Made by a program: the position numbers and the translations under genes. This document shows positions 24,400 to 36,398 of a stretch of DNA of 64,000 bases, piece after piece. The stretch's first letter is position 1; the number at the start of each line of letters is the position of its first letter. The stretch is from Chiloscyllium plagiosum. Its lineage: Eukaryota. The stretch is taken from positions 92,891,946-92,955,945 of the forward strand of contig NC_057719.1 of the NCBI RefSeq assembly GCF_004010195.1. The letters are read 5' to 3'. The notes beneath the pieces were generated by a model. The model had not been told where the DNA came from and made no database searches. It saw nothing but the letters and a program-made list of their open reading frames with translations.

Positions 24400-27300
24400 T
24401 CAACGGCCCACTACGGGCGACACGAGGACATAGCTACTTGCTGTCAGTGTGGACTTCGGGCTACACCAACCCACACCATGTTGCTGTCAGTGAGACACTC
24501 CAGGCTTTACCAAACCAAACCATGTTGCTGTCAGGGGGACACTCTGAGCCACACCACCCACATATGTAGCTGTCGGGGGCACGCCGGGCTACACCAGCCC
24601 ACACCATGTCGCTGTCATAGGGACACTCAGAACTGCACCAATCCACACCAAGTCACTGTCAGGGCCACTTTCTGGCACTATCAGCACACACCAGGCTCCT
24701 TTCAGGGTGATACACCAGATTACACCAGCCCTCATCAAGTTTCTGTCAGGGACACACTCCGGGCTACGCTGGCCCAAACCATGTTGTTGTCATGGGACAC
24801 TCTGGGCTGCACCAGACCCATGTTGCTGTAAGGGAGACACTCCGTCTACACCATCCCAAACCATTTCGCTGTAAATTGGTCAGTCTGTCCGAAAACATCC
24901 CAATCCGTGTTGCTGTCAGGGGTGCACTCTGGACTGCACCAACCCACACCATATGACTATCAGGGGACCACTCCTGGCTACACTAGCTCTCACAATGTCA
25001 CTGTCACGGGGATAGTCCGGGCTACACCACCTCATAGCAAGTTACTGTCATGGACACACACCCGGCTACACCAGCCCACACCATGTCACTGTCATGAGAC
25101 ACTCCGGGTTACACCAGCCCATACCAAGTCACTGTCATTGATACACTCCGTACTACACGACCCCACACCATGTCGCTGTCAAGAGGACAATCTGGGCAAC
25201 ACCAGACCACAGCATGTCGCATGTTAGAGGCACGCTCCAGCCTGCACCAAACCACACCATGTCTCCATCAGTGTCCCACTCCACTATGCACCTGACAACA
25301 CCATGTTGCTGTTAGGGTCCCACTCTGGACGACATCAGGGGCACATTCCTTGTTATACCAGCTTACACCATGTCGTTGACAGTGGGACACTCCAGGTTGT
25401 GCCAGCCCACTCCATGTCTCTCTCAGAGGGACACACATTAGATTAGATTAGATTAGATTAGATTACATTACAGTGTGGAAACAGGCCCTTCAGCCCAACA
25501 AGTCCACACCGACCTGCCGAAGCGAAACCCACCCATACCCCTACATTTACCCCTTACCTAACACTACGGGCAATTTCGCATGGCCAATTCACCTGACCCT
25601 GCACATCTTTTGGACTGTGGGAGGAAACCGAAGCACCCGGAGGAAACCCACGCAGACACGGGGAGAACGTGCAAACTCCACACAGTCAGTCGCCTGAGGC
25701 GGGAAATGAACCCGGGTCTCAGGCGCTGCGAGGCAGCAGTGCTAACCACTGTGCCACCGTGCCGCCCACTATATCAACCACTTGACACCTGGCCACTATA
25801 TCAGCCAACTTGATGTCGCAATCAACGGTCCTCTCCAAGCTACACCAGCCCACAGAATGCCACTGTTAGTAGGATACTCTGGGCTACAACAGCCCACATA
25901 ATGTCACTGTGAGCGGGGCATTACGGGCTACAAAAATCCACGGTGTGTCGATCTCAGTTGGACTTTCCACACAACACTGAATCACATCAGGCTGTACTAA
26001 AGTTCTCTCTCCAGGCTACACCAGCCCACACCATGTCTCTCTCAGGGCCTCACTCTGGCCTACACCAGCCCACACCACGTCTCTGTCAGAGAGACACTCC
26101 GGGCTTCACCAGACCATACCACGTCACTGTCAGGGACCCACTCCAGGATACACCAGCCCACACTGTGTCACTATCAGGGAGATACTGTAGGCATTAACAG
26201 GGCAGAGAAACTCACTATCAGGGCCAGTCTGCCCTATACTAGACCACACCACGTCTCTGTCAGGGGCCCACTCTGGCCTACACCAGCCCACACCATGTCA
26301 CTCTCAGAGGGACCCTCTGGGCCACACCAGACCACACCATGTCACTGTCATAGGGATACCCAGAGCTACACATGCCCACACCATGCCACTGTCAGTGGGA
26401 CACTCCAGACTACACCAGCCCACATCATTTCGATGTCAGGGGCCCATTCTGTGCTACACCAGCCCATAAAATGTTAGTCAGTGTGACGCACTGGGATACA
26501 CCAGCCCTCATAATGTCACTGTCTGGGGTGTAATCATGGCTTCATCAGGCCAAAGCATGTCAATGTCAGAGGGACACTCTGGCCTACTCCATCTCACACG
26601 ATGCCTCTGTCGTCAGCCCTCATCGCGCTACACCAGACAGCAACATTTAATTATCAAGAGTTCAGTCAAGGCTACACCATCTGACATCATGTCGCTATCA
26701 GCCGAACACTATGTAGCTGTGAGGTTTACTATGAGCTCCACTACGCATACAATGTCACTGTCAGTGCGACGCTCTGGGATACATCACTCCACAGCATGTC
26801 GCTGTCAGATGCCCATTCCGGCCTGCACCAAAGACACAATGTCGTTGGCATGGGCCCACTCCAGTTTAGACCTGAAAACATCATGTCGCTGTCAGGGTCC
26901 CACTACAGTTTACACCTGACAACACAATTGTGCTGTCAGGGTCCTACTCTGGACGTCACCAGCCCAAGCCATGTCATTGTCAGGGGCCCATTCCTGGTTA
27001 CACCAGCCCACACCATGTCACTGACCTTGGGACACTCCAGGCTACGCCAGCCCTCACCATGTCGCTCTCAGTGGAAAACACCTGGCTGCACCAGCCCACT
27101 CGATGTCGCTGTCAAGGGTCCGCTCCGAACTATGCCAGCCCACGGAATGTCACTGTCAGTAGGATACTCCGGGCTACACTCGCCCACACCATGTCACTGT
27201 CAGAAGGAAATTCTGGGCCACAATAGCCCACATTGTGTCACTCTCAGTTGTACTTTCCACGCAACGCCAAGCCACACCATGTTGCTCTCAAGATCCCTCT

Positions 27301-27729
27301 CCAGGCTACACCAGCCCACACCATGTCACTCTTTCGGACCCATTCCTGGTTCCACTACACCAGACCACACCTTGTAGCTGTCAGATGGACTACATTAGCC
27401 TACACCATGTCGCTGTCAGGGGGATATTGTAAGTAGTAACAGGCCTGAGAATGTCGCTGTCAGGGGCCACTCTGACCCACACCAAACCACATCACGTCTC
27501 TATCAGGGGTCCATTCTGGCCTACGTCAGCCCATACCATGTCACTGTCAGAGGGATAATCCGGCTACACCAGCCCACGTCATGTCACTGTTAAATGGACT
27601 CGATTCAGAGAAGCCCAAGCTATTTCGCTTTCACCTTCCCTCTCCGGGCTGCACGAGATCACGCCATGTCACTGTCGGCGACACCTTCGAGGTTAAACCA
27701 ACCCACACCATGTCGCTCTCAGGGGGACA
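24400..27729. repeat. 44-bp minisatellite array (gggctacaccagcccacaccatgtcactgtcagggggacactcc); resumes at 30131-30205
   Basis: Dozens of degenerate tandem units, interrupted by an HE1 SINE and the Penelope-like element. Confidence 0.92.
25437..25767 (-). mobile_element. Full-length HE1-type tRNA-derived SINE
   Basis: Minus strand begins gggcggcacggtggcacagtggttagcac (A box), has gggttcatttccc (B box) and ends in a (ctaat)n tail. Confidence 0.95.
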
Positions 27730-30130
27730 AGATTAGAGTGGTACTTGAAAAGCACAGATGGTCAGGCAGCATTCGTGGAGCAGGACAATCTACGTTTTGG
27801 GCAGAAGTCTTTCATCAGCAATGATCGGAGGCTCGGGTTTGGAAAGATAAATGGGCGGGGTTTAGGGCTGGCGGGAAGGCAGCTGAGAGAGCAATAGGAG
27901 GATATAAATGGGGGTAATGGTGATTGGTGGGAGGGGAGGGTGCAGTGTATAGGTGGGAAGGAAGATTAACAGATGGGACAGGACGTGAGGATTTTGCTGA
28001 GCTGGAAGTTTGGAACTGGGGTAAGGTCGGGGGAGAGGAAATGAGGAAAATGGTGAAATCTATATTGATATCATTCGTTAGGACAGACCCAAAGAGAAAG
28101 CTGAGGCGTTCTCCCTCCACGCATAGTCTAGTAAAGTAGTGGAATCGAAACAAAAAATGCTGGAAAATCTCAGCAGGTCTGGCAGCATCTGTAAGGAGAG
28201 AAAAGAGGTGACGTTTCGAGTCTAACTGACCCTTTATCAAAGCTAAATCAATCCTTTATTTAGTAAAGTGGAGGCGATGGAGGAAGCCCATGACCAGCAT
28301 ATCCATGGCAGAATGAGAGTGGGAGGTGAAATGTTTAGTCCCGGGGCGTTGAGGTTGATTGCTTGGGTGCCCCGGCGATGTTCTCTGATGCACTCTCTGA
28401 GTATGCGTCCTGTCTCTCCAATGTAGAGAAGACTACATTGGGAGCAACACATACAGTCAATGACATGCGTGGAAGTGTAGTTGCAACTTTGACGGATGTG
28501 CAAGGCTCCTTTCTGGCATTGGAAGGAGGTGAGGGAGGAATTCCTGCGATGGCAGGGGAAGGTGCCGGGAGGGGAGGGTGGGTTCTTTGGGGCGTTGATC
28601 TGATGAGGTAGTCGCGGAGGGAATGGTCCAAATGGAAAGTGGATGGGGTGGGGAGGCAACTACATCTCTGATTGTCGGGTCCATTTGTAGGTGGTCGAAA
28701 TGACAGAGGATGATGCCATGTATATGAAGATTGGTGCTGTGGATGGTGAGGACTGGGATGTTCTGTCCTTGTTGCGGTTGGACGGTTGGCGTTCGCGGCC
28801 AGAGGTATGGAACGTGGATGAGATGCACTGGAGGGCATTATCAACCACGTGGGGGGGGGGGGGGCGGAATTGCTGTCTTTAAGAAGGAGGCCATCTGGTG
28901 TGTTCTGTGGAGGGACTGGTCCTCCTGGAAGCAGAGACCATCGAGTTGAAGGAATTGGGAATAAGGGATCGGAAGTTTGCCAGAGGCAGGGAAGTAGATG
29001 ATGTAATCCAGTTATCTGTAGACGTTGGTAATTTTGGAGAAAATGTCAGTGTTGCGTTTTTCACCATTGATGGAAATGGAGAGGTCCAGGAAGGGCCTGG
29101 AAGTCAGAGATGGTCTAGGTGAATTTATATTCAGAGTGGAATGTGTTGCTGAAATTGATGAAGTGTTCAACTTCCTCGTTGGATCACGAGGTGGGAGCTG
29201 ATACAGTGATCAATGTAACGGAGGAAAAAGTGGATGGTGGTGTCCATGTAACTGTGGAAGATGGACCGTTTCACTTAACCGACAAAGAGTTAGGCATAGC
29301 ATAGCTGGGGACCAAGCAGGTGTCCATGGCTACACTTTTCATCTGGAGGAAGTGCGAGGTTTGAAAGGATAAATTGATCATGGTTTGGACCAATTCAGCC
29401 AAATGATGAAGATTGTCTATGGAAGGGCGCTGGTGTTGATGCTGGGAGAGGGAGAAAAGAAGGACAAGAAGGCCCTGATCATGGCGGGTGGAGGTGTCAC
29501 GTTTAGAGTGATGCTGGAAAAGGACAGCAGGTCAGGCAGCACTCAAGGATCAGGAAAATCAGGTCATCCAAGCCCTCTGTTTCTTCTGTGACCATCTCCG
29601 GGACACCCACACGAATCAACCCCAACGCACTGCGGTCAATAATTTCAACTCCCCCTCCCACTCTGTCACAGACGATCAGGTACTGGGAGTCATCCATCCC
29701 GTCTTCCTGACCACCTGATGCGTGCAGTTAGAACGCCTCATTTTTTGCCTTGGGATACGGCACCCCCATGGCATCAGTGTAGAATTCACCAGTTTCCTCA
29801 TTTCCCTTACCCCCACCTCACCCCAGTTCCAGCCTTCCAGTTCAGCACAATCCTCATAACCTGTCCTATCTGTCCATCGTCCTTCCCACCGATCTTCTCC
29901 ATGCTCCCCTCCGACTTATCACCATTATCCCCATTTCCATCCACCTATTGCATATCAGCTGCCTTCCCCCCCAGCCCCACCTCACTCCCATTTATCTCCC
30001 TCCTCCGACGCTCCCAGCCTCATTTCTGATGAATGGCGTCTTCTCCTCAGATGCTTCTTGAATTGCTGTGCTTTTCCAGCACGGCTCGAATCTTGGTTCT
30101 AATCGCCAGCATCTGCAGTACTCACTTTCA
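27730..30130 (-). mobile_element. Penelope-like retroelement (RT + GIY-YIG) with inverted terminal repeats
   Basis: GIY-YIG motif VIDCMCCSQCSLLYIGETGRILRECIREH (ORF 28243..28659). RT motif GVAMDTCLVPSYA at ~29300-29335. 27730-28075 is the reverse complement of ~29785-30130. Confidence 0.88.
28206..28244 (-). ncRNA. Minimal hammerhead ribozyme-like motif (U3/A8 core variant) in a short insert (28138-28260, TSD TAGTAAAGT)
   Basis: agct-TTGATAA-a-GGGTC-agtta-GACTC-GAAACGTC-acct on the minus strand. Confidence 0.6.
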
Positions 30131-31066
30131 CTGTCAGGGGGACACTCCATTCTACAGCAGCCCAGTTTATGTCGCTATCAGCGGCCAACTACTGGTTACA
30201 CCGGCGGGCGCCATCCTATCACCAGGAGACCAATCTGCGTGCAAGCATGACTCCCACTCAACGCTTCACCGGCAGCCTACTCTGCAGCCACTCTGCCTCT
30301 GAAGAGTTCACCACCACTGTCAACACCATCAATGCAAATTCCTCCGATAACCTTTGTATATCAGGTAATTTTGTGAAAGAAGGGGCTGAAGGACGAAAAA
30401 GACAAACAGGAAAAACACACACAGAGGAAAGCTCATGTGCAAGTGTCCATATCTGTTTGTGCTATCTCTATTGGTATAATTATCCCTGTGTGTGCGTTTC
30501 TCTGTCTGCATATTTATACATTGTGGCCCCTGTTGTTTCTATAGTAAAACCATTGAACTTGATATCAAAGCCTGTTCCTCACCCCTAACATCTCGCTGTC
30601 TCTGCTGTGTTTCTAATCGTAAAATAACTCCTTCTTCTGGCCTCCACGCAGCGCTGCACAAGAGGCAGTTTTTTGTGTGTGATTTTTTTAAATGTATGAA
30701 ATACTGTGAAGTTTTCAGACTTTTTGTTCAAAGAATGTCTTTGGAGGCATAGAGCATTTATCGCCCATCACCTAGCGATTTTCTTCCTGTGATACTACCA
30801 CCACTGTTGTGTTTGCTTCAGGACTTTTCAATCCTTTTTCAGTACTAATGCATGTGTGCTTTGCAAAACATTTTAAGTTATACAACGTGCAATACAATTC
30901 AACTTATCTTCTTACAAAATCGTTCACTCCATATTGCTGGGTTAAGTTGCATGGAAATACTCTTCGTACATTCTTTGTCACGAATAATTTTCAAAGACAA
31001 ATTGATTCCACATTGCAGACGGAGCAGCATTTTCCTCAGAGCAATTGGAACTCTCCCTGTATCAGC

Positions 31067-31110
31067 CGTGTGTTTGTGTGTGTGTGTGTGTGTGTGTATT
31101 TGTGTGTGAG
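31067..31110. repeat. (GT)n microsatellite
   Basis: Imperfect GT run, directly visible. Confidence 0.9.
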
Positions 31111-31157
31111 TGTTTCAGTGCGTGTTTTTGGGGTGGTGGGGGACATGTAGTTATAGG

Positions 31158-31355
31158 GAGAAAGTGAGGTCTGTAGATGTGAAGATCAGAATCGACACCG
31201 TGGTGCTGGAAAAGCACAGCAGGTCAGGCAGCATCCGAGGAGCAGGCGATTTGACAGTTCGGATATAAGCTCGTCTTCATGAGTCCTGCTAAGTGCTAAT
31301 GCCCGAAACATTGATTGTCCTGCTCATCGGATGCTGCCTGACCTGTTGTGTTTTT
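31158..31355. mobile_element. Palindromic Penelope-derived short element
   Basis: aaaagcacagcaggtcaggcagcatccgaggagcagg is mirrored by cctgctcatcggatgctgcctgacctgttgtgttttt. Confidence 0.75.
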
Positions 31356-31629
31356 GGTTATGTTGTTACAGGATTTATTTCCTTATTTAGAAACAGAGAA
31401 GCACGTTTATGTCGCGACAATCTTCTGGCATTACTCCTATTTCTAAGGTAGATTCACTGGTTATGCACAATTGACCTACAAGCACCAACATTCGTCAATC
31501 TCAAATATCCCATCCAGAATGTGTAAATTTTGAGCATTATTTAGAATTTCAGTTAAACAGTATGGAATTGAAAGGTATTGATTGGAATTATTTGCTCAGT
31601 GACTGTGATTAATGTCAGTCTCCGTAGAT

Positions 31630-31637
31630 CATAAAAG
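31630..31637 (+). promoter_or_regulatory. Possible TATA-like box of the GPCR gene
   Basis: CATAAAAG ~45 bp upstream of the exon-1 open frame; positional inference only. Confidence 0.25.
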
Positions 31638-31801
31638 TGTCACTGGAGGATTTGCCTCTTATTATTTAGGGACTCAGTTCAATGTGCTACCCCATAGTAT
31701 CAGTGACAGAGTTATTGATAGCACGAAAAGGGATCAATAGTTCCAGAGAGACGGGAAGGAGAAATCAAAATCTGAGAACATTAGGCTGGAATGTTCCAAC
31801 A

Positions 31802-32018
31802 ATGGATCAGAATCTGAGAACAATCGACTGGAATGTTCCAACAATTGATGAGAAGCTGAGAACTATAGATTGGCATGTTCCACCAATGGACAGGACATTT
31901 TCCACAGGTCTTTACTGGCTTTCTCAACCTTGGATGTCTTTCGAATGGCGGATCCATGATGTACTAATAGTTATTCAAGGTGCTTACTATCCCATCCTCG
32001 CTATAGTTGGTGTTCCGG
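31802..32018 (+). CDS. GPR139/GPR142-like class A GPCR, coding exon 1 (N-terminus and first part of TM1)
   Basis: acaATGG Kozak context; MDQNLRT...IQGAYYPILAIVGVP; phase-1 donor G|GTAAGT at 32018/32019. An in-frame upstream ATG at 31682 has weak context. Confidence 0.85.
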
Positions 32019-35000
32019 GTAAGTCAATCTATCCGCCTATTAAACCAGGCTAAACTGAATTGCTGCTCATGTCATTAAAAATTTGGAAAGGGGTCAGTCA
32101 ACGTGTTTAGTTCCAAGCAAAAATTCTATTCCTTACCAATTATAACTAGCAAATTACTATTTGCAAATTACTCACCAATATGCGAAGAACAGAAATGTCC
32201 TCACACTCCATAATCATTTTTGTCCTGCATAGATTTACATATCCATGTCTTCTCCACTCACCAATCCTGTCCAGATCCTCCATGATGCTATCCCAGTTTC
32301 CTCCTTATCCTCAGTGCTGTAAAATCTGCGTACAACTATTTCAAATTCCTTCCAATCATGCTTCTGTGACAAAATAATTGTATTGAGATGTTTAACTTGT
32401 TTGCGGCACAGAATCTGCCAATGCATGGTGTTCAAGCCATTAATGTGGAGGTAAAGAATAATCTGTTGATAGTTCACGATGGAAATTGATTGCATTGAAA
32501 TGAAGCTATTATAAATTGTTGTGTAAAAAATGCGCATCTGTTTGACTCATGTCCTTTTGAAAAGACAATATGTCATCCTTCCCTAGTCAGCTCTCCTGTG
32601 ACTGCAAACCCACAGCAATGTCTTTTACTCTTTACTGTCCTATGGAACAGCTGAACCAGCCACTTAGTTCAAGATAGGCAGAATATGCTGACCTGATCCA
32701 GGCGGCACACATCCCTTTAAAGAACAAAAGGAAAGTTAGCTTCCTTTCTATGCGCGGTTCCCATATTCCTCCAACTCATTACCATCCAGGTAAGCGGCTG
32801 TTCCTTAATTCAAACACATTTTTTGTAATTGTGTCTCTTCTCGAGACTGATGATTGTCTACATAGACACTTCTGGTGCTGGCTTTATTGATGTTGACCTG
32901 CCGATGTAAGGTAATTTTAAATTCTACCTCAGTCCTAGTGCATAAAGAAGTAATGGCTTTTTATGGACCAAGAAAGAAACGGACATGGCAAAGTGATGAA
33001 AAAGAACTATTGTGATCAACCCTGAGAGTATTGTTGAGGCAGTATTTGGAGGGTTGTGGACATATTTTTCTCCTTTATAAGGAATGAGTTCCTTACCTCG
33101 GAAAGAGAGCAAACGGGTTTCACCGCTCAAATCCCTGGGATGATGGTAAAATAAAGGGTGAGTGAAGATTAATCTTTGGCGCTGTGAGAGAGTAAGTGGT
33201 ATTTGCATTGAAATTTGAGGGGGGATGGATAATCACTCATTCTGTCCTGAACTCCCTCTGTAATGTAAAATTGTTTGACTTTGAACATTATTTGTGACAC
33301 TGAATGTGCGAAGTATATTTCAACTGCATGTTTATCCCAGCAACGCTGACTGAACGATTTTGTAAGGTGATGAGATGAATTGTATTGCACATTCTTTAAC
33401 TTGAAAAGTTTTGCAATGCACACTTACATATTATACGTGCGAAAAGATTTAAAAGTCCTGAAACAGAGAGACAGTAATGGTAATATCTCAGAGATAGCAT
33501 CGCTAGGTATAGTACAAATAGGGTTTGTGCATCCAAGACATTTTTGAACAACCAAACGGCCGTGAAATCTGAAAGATTCACACTCGTGATACAGAATTTT
33601 AGATAGACTAACTGCCTCTGAGGACGTCCCTTGTACCCCACCACAACTCCGCATGTCGAATGAGAGAAGAAGAAATCCAGTCTTTGAATGAACTCTCCCC
33701 ACATTAATATTACGTGTTACTGTGGATCCTGCACTGAACATCATGCTATCCACAATCCTTACAAAAGCCACAATACCTTCATTCAAAACAACTGAACTAT
33801 TCCAAGCAGCCTCTGAGCTCCATGAAGTTCATGGGTCGGTTTTCTCTGAGGTGGAAGTAATCTCCTTGAGTCTATGAGTGTTCTCTCTGCTCCATTGGTT
33901 TTCATGTTAGAGCATCGATAACACATTCTTGTGTATGTTTCTCGAGGAGACAAATGGCCTCTTCCCGTCCACATGGTACAGGTTCAAGAGCCTGATTGGG
34001 CTCAATGAGTTCCTGTTTAACAGTTAGATATACCAATCAGACTCCTTTGCTTCTTATCTAACGTGTGGTATGACTGAATGGTCTGTCCCTCTTCTTGTTC
34101 TGTAGTTTCCATGTGCTGAATGGTTTCCACATATTCGTGCGCAATCAGCTTGAGGTGCTGAATGAGCTCCTCTTTTTACTTTGGAAGTATGCAGTGTCGG
34201 GCAGCACTATTACATGAATGTTACCATCACTTTAACAGCACAGGCCCGAATTTTGTCCCGGACTTACTGCATAATGTCTCAGGAACTGAGCGGGAAAAAT
34301 TGTTCTGAACATTGTGTGATCTTCTGTCAACATCACCACTTCTGATTTTATAATGGGCTAGTGAGATGTGGGTGGGGTGGGGGTGATGGAGGTCGACATG
34401 TCGAAGCAGGCTAACTTGAAGATTTCATGAAGAGATGTTCTGGGACTGAGAGGATTGTCGGCCACCAACCACAAACATTTTCCTTTGTGCTCTGAAAGAT
34501 CCCAACCACTGGGTAGTTTACACCTGCCTCCGATTAATTTTAAATTGGTCGGCACTCCCGATGAAATCATCAGTCAAATACGGCCTTGAGATCAGGGCCA
34601 ATCACTTTTACCGAGCCCCTGTGTTCTTCTCTTTTGTTCAAATCGATAACTGATGGCGTATGTACAGGAACTGTTTTCTTCTCACAGAGGATAATGAATG
34701 TTAGGAAGTATCTGGTCTAGAGAATAAAGGGAGCGAGATCACTGAAAGTATTTTAAAAAGAGGTAGATGGAGTTTTGACCTGTCACAAGGTTGAGGGCTA
34801 TGAAGAACTGGACATTAAAGAGGAGTTAATACCAAAAGTAGACCAGCCATGATCTCATTCAATGTCAAGGCAGGCTTGACCGTCTGAATTACCTTTTCTG
34901 TTCCTTTTATTGTCATGTTCCGTAATTGAAAATAAATTATGTTTGAAACTTGCCTGGAGGTTCTGTTATTGAACGTTGCAGACACAGAGAGCAAATTATT

Positions 35001-35598
35001 TTGAGAGTCAACTCAGAGTGAGGTGTTTGGAGTTGTGATCACAGTGTATCTGTTTCTACAAGTTTACCAACAAATGTTGAAGAGGGACGACATGCTTGAA
35101 GGACTGAACGAAATCCTTTGTTCCTGTGGACCAGGCATTTGGAACAAATGGCTTCCATATGCTCTGGTGCAGGATGTTTGAGGGCCTGAATGGAACATAG
35201 GAAAATAAGACTGAGGAGCAGGAGTGGATCATTACACATTTTGTCATTGCTCTTCCAGGCACCAAGATTGTGGCTGACTGATCTGATTGTGGTCTGAGCA
35301 TTAATTTTCAGTCTGTCAGCCATTTGTCTACATTCACTGGCCTGTCAACTGATTACTAAATATATATTTGAACAAATGTATACACTCAGGCACCATAACC
35401 ATTTGGGAAAGGGAACTTCCACTTGAGCAGCCCTTAAGAAATTCTCAATCGTGTACTCGCAAAGTTTGGAGAGTCACTGATTGTTTTACCAAACCAATAC
35501 CTCCACTCGTTCCAACAAACTTTAAATGTAACAGTTTAGTGATATGGCCAATGATGCACGTCTCAGACTGGGTCATTGTCGACAAATATGTGTAATTA

Positions 35599-36398
35599 GG
35601 AGAACATGAGGACTGCAGATGCTGGAGACCAGAGTTGAAAAGTGTGGTGCTGGAAAAGCACAGCAGGCCAGGCAGCATCCGAGGAGAAGGAGAATCGGCG
35701 TTTCAGGCATAAGCCCTTCTTCAGGAATGAGGCTGGTGTGTCAAGAGGACTGAGATAAAAGGTAAGGGGGGAGTTTGGGGGATCGGCGCTGGGAATACGA
35801 TAGGTGGAAGGAGGTGAGTGTGAGGGTGATAGGCCGGAGAGGGGGTGGGGGCGGAGAGGTCTGGAAGAAGATTCAGTTGTTACAGCGTGGTATTGCAGTT
35901 TACATTCCCTCATCTATGGATTAGTTATTTTTCATAAGATAGCATTGTCGAACCGCGCTGCTGCCTATCCGCTTCTGACTTCTGTAAACAGTATGCGATG
36001 TGGCAATCAGTGTAATCAACTATCAGCTTAGCATTTTATAATACTTATATAAACCAGTGCCAATCTGCGACTCTTGGAAGAGAGAGCCTAGCATATTACT
36101 CCCTGGTCCCTCTCTGACTCCCCTATGATATATCGTAAAACATATTTTGTCAATACTCAAGGTCTGCATCCAACCACACGGGATGAATGTTGATTTTTGA
36201 AGCTTCCTCATTTCTTCTCCCACCCCACCTTATCTCAGTCCCAACCCCGGATTCAGCACCGCCGTCTTGACCTTCAATCTTCTTCCCCACCTCTCCGCCC
36301 CCACCCCCTCTCCGGCCTATCATCCTCACACTCACCTTCTTCCACCCATCGTATTCCCAGCGCCCCTCCCCAAAATTTCCCCCTACCTTTTATCTCAC
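35599..36398. mobile_element. Pair of inverted Penelope-type terminal repeats around a ~290-bp spacer, with a hammerhead remnant at ~35690-35730 (-)
   Basis: 35751-35873 is the reverse complement of 36277-36398. The minus strand reads CTGAAGA-a-GGGC-ttat-GCCT-GAAACGCC. Confidence 0.75.

Noticed and set aside
25700..25767. tRNA gene
   Set aside because: The A and B boxes belong to the tRNA-derived SINE head, and no full cloverleaf is evident.
24461..27436. His/Pro/Cys-rich ORFs in the 44-bp array
   Set aside because: Repeat-derived, frame-switching, with no domain signature.
33620..33970. Possible decayed zinc-finger or coding remnant on the minus strand
   Set aside because: Only scattered Cys/His patterns with many stops; insufficient support.
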